A DNA stretch of 64,000 bases from Candidatus Thorarchaeota archaeon. GTDB lineage: Archaea > Asgardarchaeota > Thorarchaeia > Thorarchaeales > Thorarchaeaceae. A program made the translations under genes and the position numbers. The notes below the pieces were generated by a model, which ran no database searches, was not told the DNA's origin, and saw nothing but the letters and a program-made list of their open reading frames with translations. The stretch covers positions 66,255 to 130,254 of the forward strand of contig RDNZ01000003.1 in the NCBI GenBank assembly GCA_011364905.1, read 5' to 3'. Of this stretch, positions 52,228-62,426 are shown piece by piece (position 1 is the stretch's first letter; the number at the start of each line of letters is the position of its first letter).

Positions 52228-52330
52228 AATGAATTATGCTTCTGATGTCCTTCTAAAAGTCTTCGATACATCCATCTATTTCAAATACGTAATCCTGATA
52301 AGAACCTAGGAGAATCAAAAGCTGTTCATC

Positions 52331-52882
52331 TTGGGACCGGTGAGCAATGTGTCTGTAGAACTCTATAAAGCAATAATCGTTGGCGCTCCAAACGTGGGAA
52401 AATCCAGTTTGGTGAAACGATATCAAAACGACGAGTTCAAGGAGGCTCACACCGCCACCATAGCGGCTGAACTGAGTGCTGCCACCTTTGAGTTTCCTGA
52501 AGGCAGAGTTGTTCTTACGATTGTTGATGTCGGAGGACAGGAGAGCTTTGCGGGGATTCGACATCAGTTTTACCAAGGAGCTCATCACCTGATTATGGTC
52601 TATGATGTAACGAGTCGCTCCACGTTTGACAGAATCCCCAATTTGTATCAAGCCCTTACAGACAAAATCTGCATCCAACGTGAAAAGTTTCTTGGCGGCT
52701 CTCTTGTTGCCAACAAGTCTGACATGGGAGATCAAGCTCAAGTAAGCGCGCAGGATGGTCAGTTATTAGCAGACCTTCTAACACTCACGTTCTTTGAAAC
52801 CTCAGCAAAGACAGGCAAGAATGTCAGCGAACTGTTTCATCATGCAGCCGCTGAATCAAGACGACTGCAGCATTCCCGTTAA
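52331..52882 (+). CDS. Ras-superfamily small GTPase, Rab/Ras-like
   Basis: G1 GAPNVGKSS, switch-I HTATIAAEL, G3 DVGGQE, YQGAHHLIMVYDVT, G4 ANKSD, G5 ETSAK. Non-ATG start (TTG 52331 or GTG 52340/52349). No C-terminal Cys. Confidence 0.85.
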   Translation: MGPVSNVSVELYKAIIVGAPNVGKSSLVKRYQNDEFKEAHTATIAAELSAATFEFPEGRVVLTIVDVGGQESFAGIRHQFYQGAHHLIMVYDVTSRSTFDRIPNLYQALTDKICIQREKFLGGSLVANKSDMGDQAQVSAQDGQLLADLLTLTFFETSAKTGKNVSELFHHAAAESRRLQHSR

Positions 52883-52897
52883 TTCATACCCGCTCTT

Positions 52898-54268
52898 CTA
52901 TTGCGTCGCCGCAGTCATTCTACAATCACGAATTCTCATTGTTGGGATGACAGTTGGCGTAGTCACTTCCCACCAATACACCTGCACTCGATCATTCCCT
53001 AAGGCATCAATAGACGATAGCATTCGCATTGTGTTGTCGCTAATACGCAAATTCTTGATAGGTTTCATTTCACCTCTCTCAATCAAAAACATAGCATCTC
53101 TGGGGATTGTTGAAAAATCTCCTGTCAGGTTATTTTGGTATCTTTTGTACCAGTTGCATGTCACATAGATCGTTGGTCTGGAAACATCCATGATCTCCTC
53201 GATGCCAAAATCGCCATTGTTGAATACGATGTTAGATGTATTAGGGAGCAGGACCTTCATTCCGAAGCTAACAAGGTCTGAACTTCCAGTCGTCTCAGTG
53301 TCAAACATCTTCGCCGTTGATGTGTTGTGGAGGAATGACTTGAGCACACCCGAATCGATTATTTTGGTTGTCCTGCAGGGAGTACCCTCCCAATCAAAGA
53401 CTCTACTGGCAAGACCTCCTGCATATAGTGGGTCATCTGACGCTGTAACAAATTCTGGTGCAATTTGTTCCCCGATTCTGTCACCAAGTGGTGAGAGTCC
53501 CATCATGACTAGGATAGGATGCGCAAGTTCTGGAATTTCTCCAATCACACTGGCAGCGACAGTCGGCGCTAGAATTAAATCGTAGGTCCCAGGTGCACCT
53601 TGTTTTGCTCCAATAGATTGTTTCGAAAGTCGCCCGGCTTTAGCACCTGCTTCGAGTAGCGCTTTTTCAGATTCTGATGGTTTTACTCCGCAGATCAAAC
53701 CTTGTCCGGAATAATCAAGCTCATCTTGAAAAGCTCTCACATTAAGATCAAAGAATGTCTTTTGATCTGATCCTTCAGGTCCCTGGCTTGATTTAAAGGA
53801 AAAACTTCTCTTGTAGAATTTGATTGCTCCTGCAACGCGTTTTGCACCTTCTTCGACTGCACTGTCTACTACTGAGTTAATGATGCCTGGAGCGTCCTCA
53901 ACAAAGGCGTCGAAGTTTTCATCATACTGCCCTTTCAGGTTTGGGAAAGGCTGTACTTTGTCTTCTATGCCAGCATAGAATGGAGAATCTGGCAAGATAG
54001 CTCCGAATTCTACTATGTCATCTACTGCTTGCTTCACATCACTTTTTGTGGAAACTGGTCGTTCGGTTGCGCCTGCCTTGGTTCCTTTTACTACAACAAA
54101 TAACTCTAGCTTCAGATCTTCCCATCTTTTACTGATATCAATTGCATTCTGAGAGAATCGAACCTGAGAGCCACTAGACAAGGTTGCTCTCGCAATGATT
54201 GCGTCTGTCTTATCCTTCCCATATTCTATCGCATAATCAACCAATGCTGCTGGAGTTTCGCTAACCAT
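52898..54268 (-). CDS. pmbA: PmbA/TldE-family protein (partner of TldD)
   Basis: 456-aa TldD/PmbA-fold protein lacking the HExxxH motif. Overlaps tldD by 1 nt. Confidence 0.85.
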   Translation of the reverse strand: MVSETPAALVDYAIEYGKDKTDAIIARATLSSGSQVRFSQNAIDISKRWEDLKLELFVVVKGTKAGATERPVSTKSDVKQAVDDIVEFGAILPDSPFYAGIEDKVQPFPNLKGQYDENFDAFVEDAPGIINSVVDSAVEEGAKRVAGAIKFYKRSFSFKSSQGPEGSDQKTFFDLNVRAFQDELDYSGQGLICGVKPSESEKALLEAGAKAGRLSKQSIGAKQGAPGTYDLILAPTVAASVIGEIPELAHPILVMMGLSPLGDRIGEQIAPEFVTASDDPLYAGGLASRVFDWEGTPCRTTKIIDSGVLKSFLHNTSTAKMFDTETTGSSDLVSFGMKVLLPNTSNIVFNNGDFGIEEIMDVSRPTIYVTCNWYKRYQNNLTGDFSTIPRDAMFLIERGEMKPIKNLRISDNTMRMLSSIDALGNDRVQVYWWEVTTPTVIPTMRIRDCRMTAATQ

Positions 54269-55710
54269 TATCCCACACCTCCCAATCGAATCTGCCTAAA
54301 TCGAAGTTCTCCTCCTCCCGCATACACAGGTACTCCTTGCATTGGATCACTTTTCCCACACGTACCTGCGAAGTTGAGGTTGAGGTCTTTTGTAACTGCA
54401 TCGAGTGACGACAAAAGCCCAACACTCGTAGTTTCCATTATGGGTCTCTTGACCATTGTATCAGTGATCTCGCCATTCTTAATCAGATAGGCTTCAGACC
54501 CAGTGTATTTTGATTGATAACGACGGTCATCAATATTCCATTCTTTGAATCCCCTCATATAGACTCCCAGTTTGATGTCCTCAATCAACTCATTGAATTC
54601 ATAATCGCCGGGTTCGAAGAAAGTATTAGCCATTCGGATGAGTGGTTCCCTATTATATGCACTTGACCGAGCAGCCGCATTAGAGCCAATGCCAAATCTA
54701 GTCCCGAATTCACGATTCAAAAGTGGTTCGTTCAAAATCCCGTTCTTGATCAGCTCACGCTTTCTTGCCTTGATCCCCTCATCGTCATAGAGATAAAATC
54801 CTGACGAGTTGGGTATTGTTGGGTCTTCACTCACATTCACAGCATCAGAACCCACACGAGACTCACCTATCTTGAGGTCTCTCCAAAAACTCTCTCCTGC
54901 TTGCGCACCTTCTCTTCCCATGATTCGGTCTCCTTCACTGGGATGCCCAACATTTTCATGTGCTATGATACCTGCGACCTCTGATCCTACTACCATGTCG
55001 ACTGGCTGACCGAGTAAATCATCCACTTTGATCGCCGATGACGCAACCATCTTCAACCTTTGAGTTTCATCGCCCACTCTTTCCACAAGTTTCGTGTCTG
55101 CAATCCTCTCCCAACCTCCTGCTAACGAAAAGTCAATGTTTCGCTGTTCTGATCCTCGATCTCCTTTCGCAGTCATATAACAGAACATTAGAAGGTACGA
55201 AAGTTCACATTCGATTTGAGTACCTTCACTTGTGACGAGATACTTGTCAACCATCTTGGACCGAACTAGAAAATTAAAAGCATCCAAGCCTTCCATCTGT
55301 TTATTGACATCAGTTGAGAAACTCATCATCGTATCCATGTCGATATCTGTGAGTTTTTCTCTTACCGGCATTTCCCACTTTTTCTTGTTGGAAACTGGTT
55401 GACCAAGATCAATCGGGTCTTTTCTCTTGGCGTTTTTCGCCATTTTGTATGCAATGGTGATTGCTTCCTCTGCGAGACCTTTCTCCAATCTGTCAAAAGA
55501 TGCAAAACCCATGTTTCCATCAACGAGAACACGAACACCTATCCCAGTTGATGGAGAAAATCCCCCTGAGAAAGGTTCGCCATTCCTGAAGGCGAGCCCC
55601 TTCGTAGTATCCTTGACATACCTGGCCTCGACATAGCTACTTCCTAGTTTGCGCCCGAATTCAACGCAGTAATCAGATAGATCTTTTCCGTCATTCAAGC
55701 TCGGCACCAA
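54268..55710 (-). CDS. tldD: TldD-family metalloprotease
   Basis: HENVGHPSEGD (HExxxH...E) metal site and the Gly-rich C-terminal region typical of TldD. Confidence 0.9.
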   Translation of the reverse strand: MVPSLNDGKDLSDYCVEFGRKLGSSYVEARYVKDTTKGLAFRNGEPFSGGFSPSTGIGVRVLVDGNMGFASFDRLEKGLAEEAITIAYKMAKNAKRKDPIDLGQPVSNKKKWEMPVREKLTDIDMDTMMSFSTDVNKQMEGLDAFNFLVRSKMVDKYLVTSEGTQIECELSYLLMFCYMTAKGDRGSEQRNIDFSLAGGWERIADTKLVERVGDETQRLKMVASSAIKVDDLLGQPVDMVVGSEVAGIIAHENVGHPSEGDRIMGREGAQAGESFWRDLKIGESRVGSDAVNVSEDPTIPNSSGFYLYDDEGIKARKRELIKNGILNEPLLNREFGTRFGIGSNAAARSSAYNREPLIRMANTFFEPGDYEFNELIEDIKLGVYMRGFKEWNIDDRRYQSKYTGSEAYLIKNGEITDTMVKRPIMETTSVGLLSSLDAVTKDLNLNFAGTCGKSDPMQGVPVYAGGGELRFRQIRLGGVG

Positions 55711-55810
55711 AGCGTAGTCCTACTCACCTAGTGATAAAGAGTATGAAATGTGATGTCCTACCGTATAGTTCAAAACAGCTTACTAATTAACCCACGATGA
55801 GGCTCGGTTT

Positions 55811-57139
55811 ATGATTGAGGAAATAAATCGAAAGAAATGGATGGCTATCTACGCATTTCTAATCATGGATGTTGTCCAGATTCTTATTGTGTCGGTGCTT
55901 TATGTAGGTCATCCAGTCTTTGTGTTGGGATTTGATCTCTCACATTCTAATCCCATTATTTCTGTTTCTCTTTTCGTTGGAATAAGCTTGATGCAAATTG
56001 CGCTGCTTTACCTCACAGCCACACAGATGCTCAGGCAGAAAGACTTGGTCAAATTGTACCCAGACTACGATGAGAATACGGAATGGAGAAGTAGGTACTC
56101 CAGAGAAAAGATTGTGACATGGATACAGGACTTGGCAAAGAAGAGCAACGTCAAGGTAGACCGGATTTACCTCATGAACTCCCCGCTTCCCAATGCATTT
56201 ACCTTTAGTCTTCCTTTCCTTGGTTCTATTGTTGTTGTTCATAGCAATACGCTTGATGTATTGAATGAAGAAGAAGTCAAGGCCATCATCACTCATGAAC
56301 TAGGGCATATCGTAAATCGTGACTCAGTCGTCCAGATATTCACAAGGATGCCTTCATTCTTTATCGATCTAATCTACCTCTACATTTACATCCTATTGGC
56401 AGTAGGAGTTGCCAGCGCCGCTTTCCTCGACGCCAATCTCACATTGGCGGGAATCCGTCTTGCTGTATTAGCAGGATTCTTCCTAGTTTCCAGAGTACTC
56501 TCTGCAGTTTCAAGATTGTTCATGCAGCAAGCTTCCCGATATTCAGAGTTGATGAGCGATTATCATGCAGCTTCCGTGTTGGGACACGAAGCCACAATAA
56601 ATGCGCTCATCCGATTAGGTCAACGTGTCGAAGCCATTACTGTACTAATTGGAGAGATTCGTTGGCTTGAGTCCTTGAATCCTGAGCGTGTAGGACCAAT
56701 CTCAAATGCAGAGCTGATGCGAATTATTACTCATTATCCACTGGATGGTATCGATGAGATGAATGCCCGACAAGTGGCACCTGGTCTTTTCCTTGCAACG
56801 CGATTGAAACACATGCGCGATGTTTATGGAATTCAACTGACTGACGAACAAGTTGAGACCATTGTTGACCCAGCCGTTCCAGGTTTGTTGAAAAAACGTG
56901 ATGAGGCTAAACAAGATTCCAAATCCACCAAAGAAGCGAAGGTTGTTGATTGGAGAAAAGTCGACTATAACGAAGACCGGCGTTTGTCTCATGATGAACT
57001 TGTTGATCTTCTCAAGATTCTGCGTGAGAATCCAAACAAAATGCTCTTTGATAGCGAGGTTGGAGTAAACCTAATGATGCTTAGTCATCCTGATTTCCGA
57101 AGACGAGTACTGTTCATCGCTGAGGAATTTGGTTTGTAG
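55811..57139 (+). CDS. M48-family (HtpX-like) membrane zinc metalloprotease with C-terminal soluble extension
   Basis: ITHELGHIVNRD (HExxH) between TM pairs. 442 aa. Confidence 0.8.
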   Translation: MIEEINRKKWMAIYAFLIMDVVQILIVSVLYVGHPVFVLGFDLSHSNPIISVSLFVGISLMQIALLYLTATQMLRQKDLVKLYPDYDENTEWRSRYSREKIVTWIQDLAKKSNVKVDRIYLMNSPLPNAFTFSLPFLGSIVVVHSNTLDVLNEEEVKAIITHELGHIVNRDSVVQIFTRMPSFFIDLIYLYIYILLAVGVASAAFLDANLTLAGIRLAVLAGFFLVSRVLSAVSRLFMQQASRYSELMSDYHAASVLGHEATINALIRLGQRVEAITVLIGEIRWLESLNPERVGPISNAELMRIITHYPLDGIDEMNARQVAPGLFLATRLKHMRDVYGIQLTDEQVETIVDPAVPGLLKKRDEAKQDSKSTKEAKVVDWRKVDYNEDRRLSHDELVDLLKILRENPNKMLFDSEVGVNLMMLSHPDFRRRVLFIAEEFGL

Positions 57140-58595
57140 CTGCAACAAACACTTCATCATTTCTCCTTTCATCCTCACATGGATTTGAGCCTCTTAGAGA
57201 TGAGATGATAGCCGCCAAGAGTACAAGTATTGTGAATATCCATATCGTCAACACTACGGCATTGCCATAACCAGCTGTAAACGCTGGTCCCGACGTCGCT
57301 CCCCCTGGGTTCGTAAGTAGGAAGAATAACTCAAAAATAGTTGTAACCATTGCAGTCGCAATCGAGAACCCAGATGTTCTTGCTATATTGATGAGTGCAC
57401 TTACAACTCCCATGTATTTTTTCGGTGCCGCCGTCATTATGAAGTTTCCATTTGCGACACTGAAGAACGATAGTCCGGTTCCCATAATTGCGATGCCAAT
57501 GGCCATGAATAACACATTGGGGATTGCGAGTGCAATAAATATGAGCCCTCCCAACTGAACAATAAGACCCACAACGGTCTGATACTTTGCATGCCATCGC
57601 TCTGAAACAAAGCCTGCAACAGGTCCTGTGACAGAAATCACAATCGGTTGAACCATGAGAAAAATGCCTGTCATTGACTGAGTGAAACCTAATGCTTCCT
57701 GAAGATAGAAGGGCAGCAAGTATGAAATGGGTATCATAGCCATGTAAGCGAAAAGCGCTGAGAAGATACTAGTGGAAATTCGTCTATCAGCAAGTACACC
57801 CACTGCAATAATTGGTGAGGGGAAAGAACTTTCTCGAAGAAGAAAAGCTAGGAATGCGATAAAGAAGCATTCAACAATAAGTAGACTAATGCCAAACGGA
57901 ATGAATCCTATAACAGTGAAGAAGTAGATCATAATGAATAGAAAAGCGAAGAATAATACTGCTCCAGGAGTATCAAATTTGACCTCTTTCACTGTTTCTG
58001 TTTCCGGTACTATCACTTGTACAACTAGGAGGCCAATAACCCCAATTGGCAAGTTGACCAGAAAGATACTTGGCCATCCAAAATACTGACTTAGAAACCC
58101 GCCCAGTACAGGACCACTTCCCAGCGCAGCGGCAAGCACTATTGAATTCATACCAATTGCTCTTCCTCGATTCTGAGGTGTTGTGAAATATGTCACTAAT
58201 GCCAATCCGTTTGCTGAGATCATGCTGGCGCCTAGTGCTTGAAAAATCCGTGCTGCAACGAGCATCTCAAGTCCGATAGAAATCGCACACAAGAATGAAC
58301 CACTTATGAAGACAAGCATACCAAACTGAAAGACTCTAGTTTTGCCAAGTCTATCTCCAACTTTTCCCATGAGAGGCATTGCCGAGGTCACAATCAACAG
58401 GTAAGCAACAACCACCCACTGGATTGCATCCATATTCACCCCAAGACTGTCTTTCATGGTAACCAATGAAACGTTGACAATGGATGCATCAAGTGCACTG
58501 AGAAAGACACCAAAACTTGTCGCTGCTACTATCTTATAAGGTCCAGGCATTCTGGTTTCTGAGGTTGCAATGTCTGCATCAGAATGAATGGTCAT
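57114..58595 (-). CDS. MFS transporter, 14-TM DHA2/EmrB-like
   Basis: MGKVGDRLGKTR motif-A loop and about 14 hydrophobic segments. Its 3' end overlaps the convergent M48 gene by 26 nt. Confidence 0.85.
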   Translation of the reverse strand: MTIHSDADIATSETRMPGPYKIVAATSFGVFLSALDASIVNVSLVTMKDSLGVNMDAIQWVVVAYLLIVTSAMPLMGKVGDRLGKTRVFQFGMLVFISGSFLCAISIGLEMLVAARIFQALGASMISANGLALVTYFTTPQNRGRAIGMNSIVLAAALGSGPVLGGFLSQYFGWPSIFLVNLPIGVIGLLVVQVIVPETETVKEVKFDTPGAVLFFAFLFIMIYFFTVIGFIPFGISLLIVECFFIAFLAFLLRESSFPSPIIAVGVLADRRISTSIFSALFAYMAMIPISYLLPFYLQEALGFTQSMTGIFLMVQPIVISVTGPVAGFVSERWHAKYQTVVGLIVQLGGLIFIALAIPNVLFMAIGIAIMGTGLSFFSVANGNFIMTAAPKKYMGVVSALINIARTSGFSIATAMVTTIFELFFLLTNPGGATSGPAFTAGYGNAVVLTIWIFTILVLLAAIISSLRGSNPCEDERRNDEVFVAATNQIPQR

Positions 58596-58721
58596 CTATG
58601 CTTCATCATCCGAAGTTTATGCGTTCGATTTCCATTCATCAACGCCGTCCTCTTTATTGTCTTTCCGGTGTGGCGGAGATTGGCCAATAAAGATTTCAGA
58701 AGAGGCCTGTAGGGTGTATTC

Positions 58722-59564
58722 ATGCCTGACTATTCAGAACTGATGCAAAAAGCAAGAGCTGACACCGAATGCGCAACGGAAGTCTGGGCTGATATTCTTC
58801 CTCAGTTCTTTGGACAGCGTCTTGAATGTGTTTATACCAAAGGATCTGCTTTCAAGACCTGGGACTCGCACATTGATTATGTGCCCGTAATAAGCGATGT
58901 TGATATCCATATTTGCCTACATGATGATCAACCTTTGTTCATTGGGTCGTCTAGAGATTTTGATGAAGCAATGGACCTTTCTGAACAATGTGAAAAAGAG
59001 TTCTTACATCGCCGACCTAATCATCTTCATGTCCCAAGGATGCAGGTAATTGAAACTCGATTTCTGAAACAATCCGAAAAATACACCCCCTCACGACCTC
59101 AGGATATTAGGACTCTCTATGGTGAGCCTAATCTTGACGAAATGCCATCTCCTGACACCATTCGTTCTGGAGACTTGGAAAAGGTGCTTATAGAGGAGGA
59201 ATATGTCAATGACTTGCCGCGCCGTACTCTAGACAGAACGGGTCTTGACTTTTGGGCCATCATCCGGCAAATGACCTGGCGTGTTTCTCCATTTCCTGTA
59301 AGAATCCTTACGCAGAGTATTGACGATCCCATAGATGTATGGTCTTGGAATCGTACAAAAATTCACAAGGCTCTACTAGAAGCGGGCTATGATGCTATTG
59401 CGAAGTACTATCATGGATTCTATTCAGCGGGTTGGAAACTCTATCTTTCGAACTTTCAGGGACTCGATGAATATCGAGAAACAACAAAGAATGGATATTA
59501 TGTTCTATATGAGTGTCTGAAGGAAGCGCATCGTATACTTCAAAACTCTAAGTCATTCAATTAG
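58722..59564 (+). CDS. Nucleotidyltransferase-fold (Pol-beta superfamily-like) protein, tentative
   Basis: YTKGSAFKTW...VISDVDIHICL fits the G[SG]...D[IV]D minimal NTase pattern with a longer than usual spacer. The remainder is helical. Confidence 0.45.
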   Translation: MPDYSELMQKARADTECATEVWADILPQFFGQRLECVYTKGSAFKTWDSHIDYVPVISDVDIHICLHDDQPLFIGSSRDFDEAMDLSEQCEKEFLHRRPNHLHVPRMQVIETRFLKQSEKYTPSRPQDIRTLYGEPNLDEMPSPDTIRSGDLEKVLIEEEYVNDLPRRTLDRTGLDFWAIIRQMTWRVSPFPVRILTQSIDDPIDVWSWNRTKIHKALLEAGYDAIAKYYHGFYSAGWKLYLSNFQGLDEYRETTKNGYYVLYECLKEAHRILQNSKSFN

Positions 59565-60714
59565 CCAAATCATAGCCAAAGAACTTTGCAACAGGTCCAG
59601 CTATTGCTTTGATGCTTTCTGTTTCCTCCTCTGTATACTTTACAGAGTAATAGGTCGGAGGATGAAGGGATTTAACATATCTCTGTTTTACTTCCTTGAA
59701 TTTACTCGAATCGAGCTCGGTATGCTCTAATATCCTGTCAATTGTTTGGTCAGGTTTCTCACATAGTGTTTCATATTTGACAACGAGGACTGCTTCATCT
59801 AGTTTTGAGTTGTTTTTCAGAGTTTCGTGAACATACGAATAGGCAGAGGCCCAGTACTTTGCCCAGCCCGCAACATAGGTCATCTTGTCTTTCCAGTCGT
59901 TTCTTATTTCCTTCACCAGATCACTATTGTCAAAGTTGATGCAGATTTTAGCTGTGCCAAATTCCCTGTGTCCTATGATCTTTGTCCAATCGAGAAGGCG
60001 TGGGTCCTGTCTTTCAATTTCGCTCAGAATGATGTCCTGTTTGGCAAGCGACGCTATGTGATCGAATGGATTTCTGATAATAATGAGGAATTTCACGTTC
60101 GGCATAATTCTTTGGAGATATTCCAGTCTTGAAACATTGTAGTTGTTTTTAGCTGCGTATCGTGTTCGTTTCTGGTCGAGAAGCAGTTTCTTGATATGGT
60201 CCCTATAGAAGGTTTCAAACTCCGGATTGCTTGAATCTGCTCTCATGATGTTTGTCTTTGACTCATCCAATGTGTTTTGGAAGTATCTTTGCCAAAAAAT
60301 TTCTTCAACGGCTTCTGGACTATTCCTGTTCACCATGATGCCATCTTTATGAATGCGTTCTGTGGGTGATAGCATTAGTGGAGTCTTATCTGCAATCCAT
60401 TGAACCAATTGTGGTGCATAGGGCAGGACCATGTGAAGATAACGATGAGTACCAACATCAGGATGTTGACTGAGCATCTCAAGTGTGATAGTTGTCCCAG
60501 CTCTTGCCAAGCCGGTGACATAAATGGGTCTGTCAACTTTAATTGTTTGGATTCCTTTTCCAATCCTACTCAACTCGAGAGAATGAAGTGTTTCTCCAAG
60601 AAAGGGGACTGTTTTTACCATCTTCGCAATAAAGTACATGGGCGCAGGAAAATCAAACTGCGGTTTGCCGCTTTCTTTTCTCTTGAACTTCATCTTTTGC
60701 TCGACCACCGGCAA
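59557..60714 (-). CDS. PAPS-dependent sulfotransferase family protein
   Basis: 5'-PSB-like loop VTGLARAGTTITLEML and 3'-PB-like FLIIIRNPFDHIAS. Immediately downstream of cysC (5-nt gap). Confidence 0.7.
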   Translation of the reverse strand: MPVVEQKMKFKRKESGKPQFDFPAPMYFIAKMVKTVPFLGETLHSLELSRIGKGIQTIKVDRPIYVTGLARAGTTITLEMLSQHPDVGTHRYLHMVLPYAPQLVQWIADKTPLMLSPTERIHKDGIMVNRNSPEAVEEIFWQRYFQNTLDESKTNIMRADSSNPEFETFYRDHIKKLLLDQKRTRYAAKNNYNVSRLEYLQRIMPNVKFLIIIRNPFDHIASLAKQDIILSEIERQDPRLLDWTKIIGHREFGTAKICINFDNSDLVKEIRNDWKDKMTYVAGWAKYWASAYSYVHETLKNNSKLDEAVLVVKYETLCEKPDQTIDRILEHTELDSSKFKEVKQRYVKSLHPPTYYSVKYTEEETESIKAIAGPVAKFFGYDLAN

Positions 60715-60719
60715 GTCAG

Positions 60720-61268
60720 TTATACTAGTACATCGATTGACAGCAAACCCCTCTCGCGAACAACAGCAAGGATTTTGTCTACTGATTCTTTGACGGCTTC
60801 TTTGTCAGTTTCAACCACCACATCTGCTTCTAGCGGTTCTTCATAAGGATCATCAATTCCGGTAAACTGCTTGATTTCTCCTGCGAGTGCCTTCTTGTAT
60901 AATCCCTTAGGGTCTCTTTGAATACAGACATCTAATGGCGCTTTTACGAACACCTCGAAGGTATTCTGAATCTGTTCCTTGGCATATGCTCTTGTTTCTC
61001 GATATGGTGATATGAGCGCTACAACTACGATGACTCCATTCCTAGCTAACAACTTGGAGCAAAAAATCACTCTCTTATTGTGCTCGTTGCGGTCATCTTT
61101 CGAAAAGCCTAGGTCGCTACTCAGACCTTTCCTAATCTCATCACCATCCATTATTTCGATGAATCGTGATTTTCTTAGTCGTCTTGCAAGTTCCTGCGAA
61201 ATTGTGGTCTTTCCGCTTCCAGACAAACCTGTTAGCCATATACAGAATCCTTGTTCCATAGAAATCAT
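60720..61268 (-). CDS. cysC: Adenylyl-sulfate (APS) kinase
   Basis: WLTGLSGSGKTTIS P-loop, DGDEIRKGLSSDLGFS, NGVIVVVALISPY. Confidence 0.92.
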   Translation of the reverse strand: MISMEQGFCIWLTGLSGSGKTTISQELARRLRKSRFIEIMDGDEIRKGLSSDLGFSKDDRNEHNKRVIFCSKLLARNGVIVVVALISPYRETRAYAKEQIQNTFEVFVKAPLDVCIQRDPKGLYKKALAGEIKQFTGIDDPYEEPLEADVVVETDKEAVKESVDKILAVVRERGLLSIDVLV

Positions 61269-61280
61269 TCCTGTTTAATG

Positions 61281-62426
61281 CTAGTCTTTGAAGGGATTTT
61301 TGAATCCCAGAATGGTATCAGCAACCTCCTGTCTCATCATATCAAGAGGAGGAGGTTGCCCTTTTGATAGGATCTCCCGAATCTTCTTCCCGGCGAAGTT
61401 GACAATGTCGTTTCCTCCATGTGGGCATACCTTGTCGTTTGCAATGCTCGCACACTTCTTACAGTAGAAAAACGACCTGAACTTTATGGGGGTAATTCCG
61501 AGGTCGGGATATTCATCAAAAATGGCATGAGCATCGAATGGACCATAGTAATCGCCCACTCCAGCATGGTCCCGGCCTACTATGAAATGCGTGCAGCCGA
61601 AGTTCTTACGCATGATTGCGTGATGAATAGCCTCTTTTGGTCCTCCATATCTCATCTCGGTGTGAAGCACGGACATTGTTGCAGATTCTTTTGGATAGTA
61701 ATTCTCCATTAGTGCCTTATATGACTCAAGTATCACTTCATCACAGAAGTCACCGCTTTTCTTCTTGCCAATCAATGGATTGATGAATAAGCCATCTACA
61801 ATCGATAGTGCCGTCTTCTGAACATATTCATGACCAAGATGAGGAGGATTTCTGGTTTGAAAAGCCACTATTGTTTTCCAGCCCTTCTTTTGAAACAATT
61901 CTCTAGTTTCAGCCGGAGTTTTAGTATATTCTGGATAGGGATTTCCTATCTCATTTAGAAATGTCAAGTTTCCTCCAATGAGCGAATCCTTCATCCCATT
62001 GATCTTTTCTACTGCAGGGTGGTTTGCATCTCTTGTCCCATAAACGGCAGTTGCTAAAGCACCTTTGTCAAAAGAGTATAAATCCTCTATATTCATGACT
62101 GCTATGGGTGTTCCATTAAGGAGTATCCCTATGTCGTCTCCAGCGCCTCTTCCGTTGAGTTCTGTCTTATCGATATCGAAAACGATGGGAATTGTCCATG
62201 GAGTATCATCAGCCAACCGTCCTTTTTCTAGGACCTGTTCGAAGTCATTTCTTGAAAGAAAGCCTTGAAGAGGGCTGAATACACCTTTGGAGATGTTGTC
62301 AATTTCCTGAGCAGTTTCATGACTTACTGAAATAGTATCCAAATCGGAGAACTCAGAAATCATTTTCTCTTTTTTATCAACAGGAATAATCAGCGATATC
62401 AGTTTGCCACCATGTGGAGTAATCAT
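61281..62426 (-). CDS. sat: Sulfate adenylyltransferase (ATP sulfurylase)
   Basis: QTRNPPHLGHEY and VGRDHAGVG motifs, N-terminal PUA-like domain. 381 aa. Confidence 0.92.
   Translation of the reverse strand: MITPHGGKLISLIIPVDKKEKMISEFSDLDTISVSHETAQEIDNISKGVFSPLQGFLSRNDFEQVLEKGRLADDTPWTIPIVFDIDKTELNGRGAGDDIGILLNGTPIAVMNIEDLYSFDKGALATAVYGTRDANHPAVEKINGMKDSLIGGNLTFLNEIGNPYPEYTKTPAETRELFQKKGWKTIVAFQTRNPPHLGHEYVQKTALSIVDGLFINPLIGKKKSGDFCDEVILESYKALMENYYPKESATMSVLHTEMRYGGPKEAIHHAIMRKNFGCTHFIVGRDHAGVGDYYGPFDAHAIFDEYPDLGITPIKFRSFFYCKKCASIANDKVCPHGGNDIVNFAGKKIREILSKGQPPPLDMMRQEVADTILGFKNPFKD

Noticed and set aside
52253-52741. 162-aa minus-strand ORF
   Set aside because: It fully overlaps the small GTPase gene, whose G1-G5 motifs make the plus-strand frame the real one.
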